NCBI GenBank assembly: GCA_002811645.1
Contig: PDIP01000065.1
Location: forward strand, 20,003 to 71,098
DNA from: Corallochytrium limacisporum Hawaii
Lineage: Eukaryota; Protista; Pluriformea
DNA length: 51,096 nt
Direction of reading: 5' to 3'
Numbering within the stretch: the stretch's first letter is position 1; every line of letters starts with the position of its first letter. Positions 1 to 12,238 of this stretch are shown here, one piece after another. Under the pieces are notes generated by a model, which saw nothing but the letters and a program-made list of their open reading frames with translations, searched no databases and was not told the origin of the DNA. The translations under genes and the position numbers were made by a program.

Positions 1-2379
1 TGGTTCAAGTCATGGTGGTAATAGATGCTCATATTTAATTTTTTTGTACGACTACGATGTGTTCAATGTCAAGCCAAAGTCAAAATAGTCCTTTTTTGAG
101 AGTAGCAGGGACTCTTCGTTTGAATCAGCTATTTAAATATTTGTGCATGATTGTTAAAAAGAGCAAAATATAATGAAATAGAATGGAATCAATATAAGTT
201 ATTATACAATCAAGATTAAAAAAGATCCTCGGGAGTCAAATTTTTCGGAGTTTTGACCCTAACATACCAGACAGAGGGTGGTACGCAAAGACCGGCAAAC
301 GGCAGAGGGACGACAGCCGTGCCCCCCCCCCCTTTACCCGGGCCGACCGTTCATAAATGGAAACCAAGGAAGTGGTAACCCATGAGCAAGCCAAGATGCA
401 AGGTTAAGAAAAAAAAAACCTTTCTCGTTTTCACCTTTGGGCCATTTCAAACCGTTTCACTATGAAATTCCTCGAAGAGGGAGGACAGGTGAAAATATGG
501 CATGACATGGGATAGAATACACAAGTGGATAAGGCCAGACACTCAGTGATGGGTAGGGAGACAAACACTCCCAGACACGCACACGTATACACGCACACGT
601 ATACACACACACACGAACACCTCTCTCTCACATTCTGTTTGGTGCCGAAGCAGGTGCGTATTGTCAAGCTAAGTGGTCCACTGTGTCGCCTCCTGCACTC
701 TCCCTCTATCTGATCCGTGCACACGCGTACCAGATGCGCGGCATTGATCGCCTTGCTTTCCCGACGGGAGTTGCAACAAAACGAAAACCATAAAACCCGT
801 CGGTTCTTTTTGGTACAGGTCCTCTCTTTCGTTCTAAATTCGGCTGACTTCTTTGTTATCCAACTAAGCCCTGCCTCCATTGCCACGACGAATCTACGGC
901 GAACGGTTAATGTACACGTTTGGGTCAAGAATGTGTGCCAGCGTTGCGTGTTGGGAACGGGGTCGTTGGCAGACGCGACAGGCGGGTGGCCTGCAAGGTC
1001 AGCTGAAGAACAGGCGGACGTAAGGTGGGGTGTGTGTGTGTGTTCATGTGCCGCATTTGGGTTCCTGGATACCCGCCAGCCAGCGCTCCTGTGTTCCTTG
1101 CCCCCCCCCCCCTCTCCAGTGTGTGTGCGTGTATTGTCGTTTTGCCCTCAGTGTTTACCTTGTGCGTCAGCAGAGTGGTGGCCTGGTTGCGCACCCGCGA
1201 TGATGCTCCTTCCTCCACTGAATTGGCGGGACCAGGTACTGTTCCCAGTTTAACCCGAAGGGGGGGGGGGCCTTTAAGTTCAGTTTCTGTTTCAAATAAA
1301 ACGGCTAGAAAATGAGCGGCCCGCAGTACCCAGCGCAAGAGTTACCAAATTTACTCAACCTCAGGTTCGGTACACACTGTCTGCGGCAACCGCAACGGTT
1401 GCCGTCGGTTTACGCACAGCGTATCGGAGGGGCCCCGCCCGCCCCCCCCTCCCAAATCAGAGACCCTATCCCACCAAGAACGCTGGTGTCCCTAAAACCC
1501 GCCCCGCCGCTTGATCAGTCGATGGCGTGTGCGGGTGTTTGGGTGGAGTCTGGTGATCGCCTGCTCTGGGTCATGCGTGTACGGGCGTTGCTTTCGGCCG
1601 GGGTCATTCCACTCAAAATATTCACTGCAGTGGGTGTCGACAGCAACGTAAGGTCGCCACGAAGCCAAGAGCTGCACCTTGGGAAAATGTTTTTCAGCAC
1701 ATTCACTATTAAAAACGTCCTTTTGGGTTTTGCCTGTCGGGTGCTGACGACTGGTCTCTGTCTCTCTGCTCCTCCTTCCTTTTTTACTCACGGAGGCGAC
1801 ACGGCGCGAAAGAGTTCCAGCAGGAGCGCCTACGGAGCTCGGGGCCTAATTTTTGGAGCAGGGCTATGGGAATGCGGCCCCCACCCTGCCCTGGCCCACC
1901 TCCCGCCGCGACCGAACGGCAATCAGTCGAGTGGTTGTCACCCGCGGCACTGTAGATGTATCCTTGTGGTAAGGCATTCCTGGTCACTACTGGCATTTAT
2001 GTATTTGTAGTTGGGCAGCACATCGAAAAACCGCGGATGGCCAGAGTGTCTGCAGAGGAAAAGGAGCTTACACTGAGCCAACGAGACCAAAGAAGAAATG
2101 TGATGATGGAGAAGGATCCAGATGCGCAGATTGCAGACAGGTCCGCGCAGCCGACGATGCAAATATGATGATAGTGCGACATGAAAGATGGTAGATGCTA
2201 CCCAAAGTGTTCAAATGATGAATTCGATTATGATGTCATGGCAATGTTTATTTGATTCTGCTCCACCATTAAGATAAGTGACTACAGTATTAAGCGCGCT
2301 TAGATGGATCAAAAGGAATGTTTGTTCGGAATGTCGTAGTTTGATGAATGGATGGATGTTCAATGTCTGTGACCGTTCT

Positions 2380-3936
2380 TTAGACTCGGACTGTAAAATT
2401 GTCTAGATGGGCGTTAGTCTTGCATGCCAGGAAGTACCAGTATGTGTTTCGGCTGTACAGTGCGGATACCTTACCGTTGGGATCACGGTACCAGGAGTCG
2501 CAGGTGGTCCAGACCTTGTTATTGAAATGAGAGTCAACATGTTCACACCACTTGGTGATTACTTCAGGCTTGATCTCGATAGTCTTTGCTCCGACCTGTT
2601 CTGCGTTACGCAGCACCCCCATTACGTTGCTGACCTGGCTCTCAATCATAAGAATGATCGAATTATGGCCCAGACCGGTGTTGGGTCCAAGCAATGTGAA
2701 CAAGTTGGGGTGTTTGGCAAAGTAGAGTCCCATGAACGCCTGAGGACTCTCGCCGTCTGGTACCAGCGGTGCTCCCTCACGGCCCTTGACATGTTCACGT
2801 TCCCAGTCCAGAATCTTGAAACCCGTTGCGTAGATGATCACGTCGTATTCGCGCTTGGTACCATCCTTGGTGATCAGTCCAGTAGCGTCGCCCTCGACGA
2901 TCGGATCCGTAATCAGGGACACCTGTTCCTTGTTGAGCATGTCGTAGTAGTCGACACCCAGCAAGAAACGCTTGCATCCTGGTTGATAGGCAGGTACGAG
3001 CTTCTCAGTGTACTCCGGCTTCTGTGTCATGAATCCGGAGATCATGCCTGACAATTGCTTGCGTACCCAGCGGGACATCCAGGTGTCCTTGTAGAAGACC
3101 AGCCAGAAGCGGAACTCACGAATTATGTACGTAAAAAAGCGAGAGATGGTCATATAGCCCGGCAGGTAGCGGCAGAGCCACTTTTCAATACCATACACTT
3201 CACGATCGGGACGCGGAGCGATCCAATGGGCGGTGCGCTGGTAGATATCCAGGGATTTGACGTAGTTCGCAATGATCGGAGTGAACTGGATGCAGCTGGC
3301 GGCGTTACCCACCACGGCGACGCGCTTGTCAGTAAGGTCAACACTGTGATCCCATTGAGCACTATGGAAATTGGGTCCTTGGAAAGCTTCACGATTCTTG
3401 AACTGAGGGAAGGAGGGGGTGTCGAGACCACCGACCGCCCGAACTAAGTACTTGGACACATAGCTACTGCCATCGGCACAGTGCACGTTCCAGAGGTTCT
3501 TTGATTCATCCCAGACGCAGCTGTTAACTTTCTTACCAAACTTAAAGTGGGACTTGATACCAAAATGATCCACTGTATCACGAATGTACTCTAGGATCTC
3601 AGGTTGCTCCGCAAACACGCGCGTCCAATCCGGCTTTTGATAGAAAGAGAAGGAGTACAGGATCGACGGAACGTCGCACTGGCAGCCCGGGTAAGTGTTT
3701 TTGTACCATGTACCGCCCAGGTCATCTTCCTTCTCAAGCACAATATGAGGTACGCCGGCCTCCTTAAGCTTAATGCTCATGCAGATGCCAGAGAAACCGG
3801 AACCAATGATGGTGACCATGGTGTCCACGTCCCCACTGGTGCGCATGCGCTCCCGGAACGACTCGGCAGACCGGGAGAGTGCAGCATTGCTGCTGTTGTA
3901 GCCAATCAGCCAGTTGGTGATCGCTGAGAAAACCAT
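2380..3936 (-). CDS. Baeyer-Villiger-type flavin-containing monooxygenase (FMO/BVMO family)
   Basis: 518 aa ORF. FAD Rossmann motif IIGSGFSG, GGTWYKNTYPG, BVMO fingerprint FQGPNFHSAQW (FxGxxxHxxxW), second dinucleotide site VVGNAAS, DVIIYATGF, HPNLFTLLGPN. Confidence 0.93.
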   Translation of the reverse strand: MVFSAITNWLIGYNSSNAALSRSAESFRERMRTSGDVDTMVTIIGSGFSGICMSIKLKEAGVPHIVLEKEDDLGGTWYKNTYPGCQCDVPSILYSFSFYQKPDWTRVFAEQPEILEYIRDTVDHFGIKSHFKFGKKVNSCVWDESKNLWNVHCADGSSYVSKYLVRAVGGLDTPSFPQFKNREAFQGPNFHSAQWDHSVDLTDKRVAVVGNAASCIQFTPIIANYVKSLDIYQRTAHWIAPRPDREVYGIEKWLCRYLPGYMTISRFFTYIIREFRFWLVFYKDTWMSRWVRKQLSGMISGFMTQKPEYTEKLVPAYQPGCKRFLLGVDYYDMLNKEQVSLITDPIVEGDATGLITKDGTKREYDVIIYATGFKILDWEREHVKGREGAPLVPDGESPQAFMGLYFAKHPNLFTLLGPNTGLGHNSIILMIESQVSNVMGVLRNAEQVGAKTIEIKPEVITKWCEHVDSHFNNKVWTTCDSWYRDPNGKVSALYSRNTYWYFLACKTNAHLDNFTVRV

Positions 3937-4344
3937 GGTTTTCTAGTGTCTTCTTTAACCTTCTTTCTTATGTTTAAACTCTTCAGCTAAGGCCCCGTGC
4001 TAGTCAGCCGAACGTAATGTCAGTCTTCACCCATAAGCTTATTCCTCTCTACCAATGATCCTCTCATACCTTATCATAGCGAGGGCTGCACGGGCAGCAC
4101 AACTATCTACATACACTAGGCTATCAGCCACCACACCCAAATCAGCAGAAAACCAGGTGAGTTCTGCAAAAACTGCCAGCAGCTTGGCGAGACCCTTTGC
4201 AAAGGACACGATACCCGCTTTTTTTGGGAACATAGAACCCCCCCTCCTTCCCGGCCCCGCAGGGAGGGGGTCTCCCCACTGACCCTAAAAAATGGCCCGT
4301 TACCGCGGCATTTTCGACCTTATGCCCCTCTCCCACCGCTGCCC

Positions 4345-4430
4345 CTCTCAATCTCTCTCTCTCTCTGTGTGACGGTCTCTCTTTCTCTTCCCCCCTTTTC
4401 GCTCCTCTCTCTCTCTCTCTCTCTCTCCCC
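4345..4430 (+). repeat. (CT)n microsatellite / polypyrimidine tract
   Basis: Interrupted ctctct runs upstream of the monooxygenase. Confidence 0.85.
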
Positions 4431-6740
4431 CGGGGGCGTTCTACACCCCCCCCGTCTCCTACCGCCTCACCCTACCACACACAACCCTCCCTCCTGTAGG
4501 CAACTTTCGAGCTATTTTGGTGCTACTTCTCGTACCGGTACCTACCTCCGACAAGCTTTTTCATCTCCGCATTCTAAACCTCTCCCTCACCCGAACCCCC
4601 CCCAACAAAGTTCTTTTCACTATTTTCTTTATTTCTCTTTTGGGGTTTTACCACCATCTCTTTTTTTTTTTGTATTCTCTTCTATCTGTCCATCGTCCTA
4701 GCCCCTGATGTGGGACTTTGTCCAGATTTTCTTCCCTTTTCGTCACCATTGTTCACACACACTCTCAACAATTTATATCCATCCTCTTTCTACTTTTTGT
4801 TTCCCTCTTTAACTTTTTCGACACCAGCGTTCCCGCACACTCCAGGTCCAGGAGAGCGGTACCCAACACATTCCCATCTTTCCCCCTTCCCCCTCCTCCC
4901 CACGGGGGGGGGGGTGTTGTCGCGTTGGTCATCTCCTTCTTTTCAGTTGACCCCGAATTCGAGGCGTTGCAGTTGCATTTCTTGTACTATCGGGCCTGGC
5001 ATTTCTGGCAAAAGCCTGCCCGGCTTCGAATCAGAGGGAAGGTGGTCGACAGCGGGAATTTTCTGTTGTGGCCTCACACACACAAGAAGGAAGCGGACCA
5101 CTTCCATGGGCAGTACATTTACCACCCATCTCTGGGGAGGTTTCCCGAGGGAGGAAGCAAGGAGGAGGAAGTTTTGGCAGCCAACTCAAATTCCTTCTAG
5201 CGTTACGAGTACCAAGAGAAAAAAATCTTTCATATTTTTCCTCCTTTTTTCATTTGTCCATGCATCGTCTATGAATCCCGTCGATCGTTTCTCGTCACTT
5301 CCCTGGATTTGGCTAGAAACATTTTTCATTTGCTTCTCTGCGCACGTTTCAGTGCCAGTATGCTCATATAAAAAGTACTGGCACTGGAGCTGGTTGGTCA
5401 TCCGTAACTTTGTCCCGCGTAAGCGCGCGTCCTAGGGGCGAACGGGGGAAGCCTACCGCAAACTGAAACAGGGTTTTTGTACACGCGATAAACCACGATA
5501 TGTCTCCCCGACCAGCACTCGTTAAATGCGCCGGAAGGGGGGGGGGAAGAAAACAGAAGTAAAAAGAAAAGAGCGAGAGAGAGAGAGAGAGCGGTAGGGT
5601 AGTAAAATTGGAAAGAACAAAAAGAAATGCGCGGGATACCAAACAGCCCGCACATACGAACGGCTTTCCGAACAAGAAAAGCACAGCTTCTCTCAATAAA
5701 GAAAAAAAGTGGTATTATGAGATGTTAATTGGGGACCTATGGATCAGCCAAAATTAAAACACCATTAGATATTAATTCCACGCTAGACCAAGGATACTAT
5801 TCTCGGCATTGACGTTCCCCATACTCTTCCTTTTTCCTTAGTACTACCGTTCTCTATTCTGGGGGTTTGGGTTCGGGCACGAGGTGGTTTGAGTATGCAA
5901 AGACAGGGAGAGGAAAAACCGTGAGGAAGAACGGGAACGCAAAGTGGGAGAAATGAATGACGGACCAAAGGGCAAAGGAGCTCGACAAAACAGGCGCGAG
6001 ACGTAGCCGGGCGAGCAGAGGGCCCCCGAATCACCTTGTTCCAGTACTGTACGCTTACTTTCCAATGAAAGGTGAACACAGGGTGGTGTATCACTTGCGC
6101 TATATGAGAGCTTGGCCCTGCGCCGTGCCCGTCGACCGGGAGAATGTGTATCTCCCGATGACATCTGGCCGCAATCTCACAATGGTACGTTAGCCCCTTC
6201 CCAATAACCCTTCCCTCAGGCACATGCCCAACAAAGGACAAAATATTGAAAGTTTACCATGATCTCTGCATGTTCAGAGTCAGAGTATACGAGGTTCGAC
6301 ACTCCCGCCATCATCTCCATCTATTAAGGTTTGTGTGGATGTTGCTGTGTCCGTTCGTGTGTGTGGTGTGTGTGTTACGACCCATCGGGCACATCACACC
6401 ACGCCCTCCCTGGAAGAGCCCCCTTCCACAACCTTGTGTCCATCTGCCTCTCGCTTATCGGGGGCCACTTGGAAAAAAAAAAGCACTCAGAAACACGGGT
6501 AAAACGTATCTGCGAAAGGGGAGGGGGGGGGGTGGGGATCCCACTGAAAGCAGTTACTTTATATTCCGTTCTTGGTGAAATTCTCGTTGCGTCTTTTGGG
6601 GTGTGGGGAGAGCAACGCAGTAAATCCACGACTGAACGAAAAGGTTGCGCAACTGCGATGATTTTAGAACGGGGACGGGAAAAAGGAACGAATGTGAACA
6701 GAAAAAAAACACATATACACCCACAGAACCATAGACTTGG

Positions 6741-6743
<3 letters not shown>

Positions 6744-6777
<34 letters not shown>
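6744..6777 (+). repeat. (TG)17 microsatellite
   Basis: Perfect dinucleotide run. Confidence 0.95.
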
Positions 6778-6780
<3 letters not shown>

Positions 6781-9201
6781 GAACGCAAGGTGGATTCGCA
6801 GCAGAGCAGTCTCCTCAGCCGTAGGGAACTGGCACGCGCAGATCCCGTTCTCCCTTACCCCCTCCCCTTCGGTACGAACGAATTTCCTGTCTTGGTCGAC
6901 GCCTGAGGCTCTTTGGTGTGGAATACCAGCACGGGGCCAGGTTTCGCAATACGCGAACCGGGGATGATAGACCTAGGAGAAATCAGTTGGTAGTTACGGC
7001 CCGTTTTTGGTGCAGAGTGTACATGGGCTCGGTCTCTGTGTGTCCACTGCCCTCAGAGAGTGCACTCGTTGCAACATACATGGCTCTGAACGTCTCATCA
7101 TCTGTGTGTCTGTAGGATGCCTCATGCTGTCCTAGATGTAAACGTCACTTTCCTCATAACCTACCAGCTCGTTGCAGCTGGGCGTCGTAGGCGATTCAAC
7201 TGTCGCTCTCCCGTCCTCCAAGACTGACTTTGCTATCCCGACACTCCCAGAAAGACAGCGCCCGAGAAACCTTGCTCTTCCCGTCTCTCCAAACGCACCT
7301 AGTACCGACAGGGCACGTGTGATCTAACTGCACAACAGCGCATTAAATAAACCGTTGCATTTTCTGCAGTAATGGTATGAGTGGATTGGCGAAGGGGTAG
7401 CCAACTGGAACAGCACTCATAAATGGTAAGAAAGCCCGAAGACAACACTCACGCGTGCAGCTTCGTCGGCTGGCCCAGCATCGTCGTAGCTCCGATCTGT
7501 CCGTCTCTAAACGCACAGCTGATATTTGATTCTTTGGATGTCTAAAGATGATTGGCGCGGTCAGTACCAGCGAGGCGCGGTTTGAAACACGAGTGTGGAA
7601 GAGCTGCGATGAACGATTGAGCTCGAAAGTGCGTAGCTGGCTTTTTCTCCACCGAAGCAAGGGTCCCAACGTTACCCAACAAGGAAAAAAAAACAGACTG
7701 GGTCAAGAGACTCGTTGTTGAAGATTACACGTCAAACCACTCATCGTTGAACACTCGACAATGTTCCTGCGCAACTCCTGAGGCCTCCGCAGCAACAAGA
7801 ACCGCACTTTGATGGGATACTGCTTTGCCCGCCAACCCAGCAGACTGTTGCGCACACGGAAGCTGCGATTATCCCGGAGGATCATCACGGTTTGTATGGG
7901 TAGATTGCGGAATGTACGGAAGAGATACTATGGCCAACGAGGGGCAGGCCAAACCGAGTGTGCCGGGTGATACGGCGGTACTCGTAGGCCACAAGTCAGC
8001 CGAACGGGGCAGTCGTGTCAGCTGATTGAGGGCGGAGCTGCCCCTTTTGATTGCTTTTGATTGAATCAATTGTCCTTACAAGGGAAAATATAATTTAATG
8101 ATTCAGAATTTGTGTCATACTCTATTCCAAAAGGTCAGAGTGAAAAGGTCTTAAGGTAAGCTATATTATGTACCAAATTCTGTCCCAAAAATCAGTGATT
8201 TTGAAATATGATAATCTTTGAGAATCTACATACAGGAGTCTAATTTTCAGCCGCTGCGCACAAATGAGAGAAATATTTTTTTGGCCTGGCCCACAACCGC
8301 CCCCCCCCCCCAGGGGCACAAAGCAAAACCACCAGCAGCTGCTTGGACCCTTCCGCCCCAACGGGTACTCTCAGCTAGAATTTGGGTTTTGGCACTCACC
8401 GACTGCTTTCCGATTTATCGCTTTACCCCAACACCGCCTGCCCGCTTCTCCCTATACTTAGCCTTACCCCTCCCCAAATCCCCCCTTTCTTCTCCTCCTC
8501 GTCCCCAACACCCCCAAATTTACGGACCAAATGGACACGTACCGGACGTGAAAAAGTCTCACAACCCCCCCCCCTCCCTTCCCCCGCCCCGCGGGGCGCC
8601 TGGGGCGGTCGGCACTTAATGCAGTCATGGTTCCAGAAGACGGTGGAAGAGGGGGTAGGGGGAACCAGTACAGCCTCTGAGAAATCTTTGTTGGCTCCTG
8701 TAAAACCATCCCCCCCTCCCCCTCCTCCCGAGGGTCCCTCCCCCTTCCGGCACCACTCCCTCCCGTACCCGATACACACTCTCGTACACATTGCGCTTAT
8801 AGCCACGACACCCCTGCTCCAGGCCTGTGTTCCAAATTTTCCGCAGTGGCTTTCGATTAATGGCTTCGGTTGGGGGGGGGGGTTTGTGTGTATGCGTGGC
8901 CAGTTAGTTAGTACTTCGCTTCAGGCACGACGAAGTGGGCACGGAAGGCAGTAGATGACGAGGTTCTCTCTTTGTTCAGTCTGTTTCGGAATAGATGGCG
9001 TCTTGTTTACTGTTGTACACTTTGGCTTTGTAAAGAAGGTATTTCATCTCCATCGATATAACGCCTCGACGACCCATTGGTTTCTTCGTGGGTGAATGCA
9101 CTGGAAAATGATATAGAACTATTGTGAACCATGTGAGGTGCTTTGAGAACATAACAAGCTATTGGTACAAAATTGTGTTCGTATACTAATACACAAAAAT
9201 C

Positions 9202-11274
9202 ATGGTGGCTGCCAACGGGAAATACCATCCCATGAACGGCAATGGATATGCACTGAACGGGAACCACCGGGGGCACTCAAGGGTGGAAGTTGAGACCCAT
9301 GAGCAGATCGAATTGTTGTTAGTATCCAGCGTACTTGCTGTCGCTGTGATCAATACAGCAGTGTTTTCAGCGTCGTGGATGGGATCGATATCCACCCTTA
9401 GTCTCGGGGCAGCAGTGGTTGGCACACTGGCTGGTGGTTTTGACGAGTTTGTGCTGAAAGGCAGGCAGAGCCGTCCAAACATCTTCCGCACCGTGAATAA
9501 TCACCGCCTATACACTGGAGCATGTGTTGCAAGCATGTTAGTCTCATTGCTGCTGATCGGTGCCGGCAGAACTGCCATGTTGACGAGGCACACTATGGAC
9601 AGTGCAGGGGTGCACGCCTTTGTATCCGGACTGCGCTTGCATTTTTATGCCATATTGGCGGTGGAAATGTATGTCTGTGCTGTGCTGGGTCGCGGATTGG
9701 CGCGCTTCGCAATCATCGGGGCGAACCGAAGGTGCACGAACATTGGCCACAGCTGGCCGTGGCTTCAGGCATTGATCGTCTTTTCTGCTCTCTTTGCCCT
9801 CTTCAACGTATCGGTTCTGCTGCCGCGGATAGATATCTCCTCAGGCATGGAACAGTCCATTGAGAATCCTACTACCGTCACAGTGACTGAAGATGAACTT
9901 CGAGTAGTGCTGGAGTCATCGTTTGTCGGGTTCTGGACCTCGACAGCAGGCATGACTCTACAATGGATTGCAATAGGGTCAGGTGCATTCATGAGCAATT
10001 GGGTGCCTCCCTATGCCCGCGGATCATTTTCCTTCGCAGAATGGCTGGTGCTGAATCGACTGGTGGTGCTGCTCGGGCTCGAGTTTGTAATGACGTGTCT
10101 GTTCGTGACGGGCGATGCTATGGGATCCGGCAATCATCAGGAGCTGTTGAATAGCTTGCAGGTGCAGACTGAGGAGATGGTGTCCTACGGAGACACTTAC
10201 ATGCACGACGTCACCCTTACAACCCGTAGAACTGAAGACATCGCGGTGATCGAAGCCCTTGTGTGGGGACCTATAGCTGTGGGTACGGTTGTGCTGTCCT
10301 TCTTCCGCATCCGGGATTCCTCGGGCAAGCAGAGCGCAAATAGTGTAGAAGCGCAGGCTCAGAGTCCGTGGCGCACCGCCGCGTTCCTTGGGGCCTTCTT
10401 CGTAGGACTCTTTGGCCTCATTGCCCCCGCCCTGACGCATGCCTTGGGTGGACAATCACCAGTTTACTGGGTTCTTGAGTTCGCCTTTGCAGGCGGCGGA
10501 CCTCGTCGATTCGTGTTGGTCATGCTCTGGGCCGTGTTGGTGGCTGTGGCGGTGACCGTGGCTGCACGGTTCGTTGCTGAAATCAAGATCATGGACAAGA
10601 ATTTGGTGCGTAAGGGGTTTCATGCCCTGCTAGTGCTGATCCTCATGCTCGGCAACCTCATGGGAGACCACCGTCTCGTCAGTGTTGGCTTGGGTTGTGC
10701 GTTTGCGGTATTTGTTCTGGTGGAGTTGATTCGCATCGGGTACTTTTGGCCTCTGGGTATGGCCATTGATTCCTTTCTCCAACCCTACGCCATATCTTCG
10801 CGAGATTCCGGTCCGTTAATTATGAGCCATTTCTACCTCCTTATTGGCTGTGCGTTGCCCATTTGGATCATGTCACCTGCGGTGGAATCGGTGATTTCGG
10901 CTCGCAATGTTGGTACCAGCGTCGACATTGCGAACAATGCCAAGGTCGCCGCCTATACAGCTGCATACGCAGGAATTCTGAGCATTGGTGTCGGGGATGC
11001 AATGGCAGTGCTCATTGGATTGAAATACGGCAAGATGCAATGGCCCGGTCAATCACAGAGTCGTACTGTGCTAGGGTCCCTGGCCTTTGTTATCAGTTCT
11101 TTCTTGGCGTTCTGCATCATAGTAACGATCGAAGAATTGCCGGTCACCAGAATCACTGAAGTGTCTGTGCTTTTGTCGTGTATACTTGGAGCCTTACTGG
11201 AAGCTTACACCCCGCACAACGACAATTTGTTCATTCCCATCTTCACCATTGCCGCCCTGACTGTGCTGATATAG
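9202..11274 (+). CDS. DOLK: Dolichol kinase (Sec59/DOLK), polytopic ER membrane protein
   Basis: Many hydrophobic helices. Motifs LVRKGFH, RDSGPLIMSHFYLLIGCALPIW, GILSIGVGDAMA..IG.KYGK..WPG..RTVLGS and EAYTPHNDNLFIP match the CTP-dependent dolichol kinase C-terminus. Confidence 0.93.
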   Translation: MVAANGKYHPMNGNGYALNGNHRGHSRVEVETHEQIELLLVSSVLAVAVINTAVFSASWMGSISTLSLGAAVVGTLAGGFDEFVLKGRQSRPNIFRTVNNHRLYTGACVASMLVSLLLIGAGRTAMLTRHTMDSAGVHAFVSGLRLHFYAILAVEMYVCAVLGRGLARFAIIGANRRCTNIGHSWPWLQALIVFSALFALFNVSVLLPRIDISSGMEQSIENPTTVTVTEDELRVVLESSFVGFWTSTAGMTLQWIAIGSGAFMSNWVPPYARGSFSFAEWLVLNRLVVLLGLEFVMTCLFVTGDAMGSGNHQELLNSLQVQTEEMVSYGDTYMHDVTLTTRRTEDIAVIEALVWGPIAVGTVVLSFFRIRDSSGKQSANSVEAQAQSPWRTAAFLGAFFVGLFGLIAPALTHALGGQSPVYWVLEFAFAGGGPRRFVLVMLWAVLVAVAVTVAARFVAEIKIMDKNLVRKGFHALLVLILMLGNLMGDHRLVSVGLGCAFAVFVLVELIRIGYFWPLGMAIDSFLQPYAISSRDSGPLIMSHFYLLIGCALPIWIMSPAVESVISARNVGTSVDIANNAKVAAYTAAYAGILSIGVGDAMAVLIGLKYGKMQWPGQSQSRTVLGSLAFVISSFLAFCIIVTIEELPVTRITEVSVLLSCILGALLEAYTPHNDNLFIPIFTIAALTVLI

Positions 11275-11386
11275 TTTCAACCTCCATCACTTAAAGAAAG
11301 ATCAAACCCTAAATGTATCATAAACCTATGGCATGATGCCGTATATAGATAATAGTACAATCCATTTGTTATTTTAAGGAAACTTT

Positions 11387-11842
11387 TTACAACTCAATAA
11401 TTGGCCTCGGTCGATGCTTGAACATGATTTTCTGCTTTACCACAGCCATGATCTCGTACTCCACGGTGACAGTTCCATTGTCAGGGTCTCTCCGCTTAAT
11501 CTTACGCATAACATGCATCTGCTTCGGAAGATTCACATACTCACCTAGCAACTGATGATGTCCAATCACCATCTCTGGCTTTCCCGTTTCATTGTTCATG
11601 GTCAGTGTGCCCAGGTCCATACCAGACAGATCTGATTTTTGAGTCTCTATGCTGCCCTGCAGCTCAATAATGAATTTCTCCGGAAGGCCCCCCAATCCAT
11701 CACCCTGACTAGCGTCTACCATAATAGGTTGTGTAGTACCCCACGTCAGAGGGATCTGTTTTTGTGAACAATTACGAGTCTTCTTTGACGTACTTGAGTA
11801 ACCAACCCCGCTGGATGGTATCGTCATTGTTGGTCCAACCAT
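11387..11842 (-). CDS. CTF8: Ctf8, subunit of the Ctf18-RFC alternative clamp loader; start uncertain, possible intron 11756-11839
   Basis: IIELQGSIE, LSGMDLGTL, MVIGHHQLLGEYVNLPK and VVKQKIMFKHRPRPII match Ctf8 conserved blocks. Confidence 0.9.
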   Translation of the reverse strand: MVGPTMTIPSSGVGYSSTSKKTRNCSQKQIPLTWGTTQPIMVDASQGDGLGGLPEKFIIELQGSIETQKSDLSGMDLGTLTMNNETGKPEMVIGHHQLLGEYVNLPKQMHVMRKIKRRDPDNGTVTVEYEIMAVVKQKIMFKHRPRPIIEL

Positions 11843-12199
11843 TGCTTTCGTGGGTATGTTCTGTTATAGTCCTCTTCGGAAAGAACTCTGGACTCTTCAC
11901 TTTTCCATTGAGTGGGTCGCTAGTCCATACGACGTCATGTTCAGCATCTGACAAGTCTCTTATAACTGGCAACGGCTCGGTCTCCCTCACCCACCAGACC
12001 CAGCCACTTGCCCTCCACCCCCGGGGGGCCTTGTGCAAAGGAAACGAATTTTCGCGCCAATTCTTGCGCCCCTGCAGCTGGGACTCGGCCCTTGAGACTT
12101 TTGTCACCGACAGAGAAGGGCCAGACCAGCAAAATTTTAGGCCCCCGAGTCAGACCGTTTGGGCGGCCATTGTTTATCAATGGCTTGGGTGGCTTGGAA

Positions 12200-12238
12200 G
12201 GGGGGGAAGGCCCCCCCCCCCCGGGGGGCGGGGGAAGG
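12200..12238. promoter_or_regulatory. C12/G-run element in the CTF8-NUP133 bidirectional spacer
   Basis: G7 AAGG C12 G6 C G5, about 350 nt from both start codons. Regulatory role is inferred from position only. Confidence 0.5.

Noticed and set aside
1958-1966. GTATCCTTG, matching the U12-type 5' splice site
   Set aside because: No convincing TCCTTAAC branch site and no supported exons; such an 8-mer is expected by chance in 51 kb.
431-2010. ORFs of 130-230 aa in the first 2 kb
   Set aside because: Built from microsatellite and homopolymer sequence, overlapping on both strands, with no recognisable domain.
6290-6310. GGTTCGAC, a T-loop/B-box-like motif (similar at 28326)
   Set aside because: No cloverleaf stems or A-box around it.
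4369-8954. Many 60-240 aa ORFs in the FMO-DOLK spacer
   Set aside because: Low-complexity Pro/Gly/Phe/Cys-Val translations of C/G/T runs; not credible proteins.
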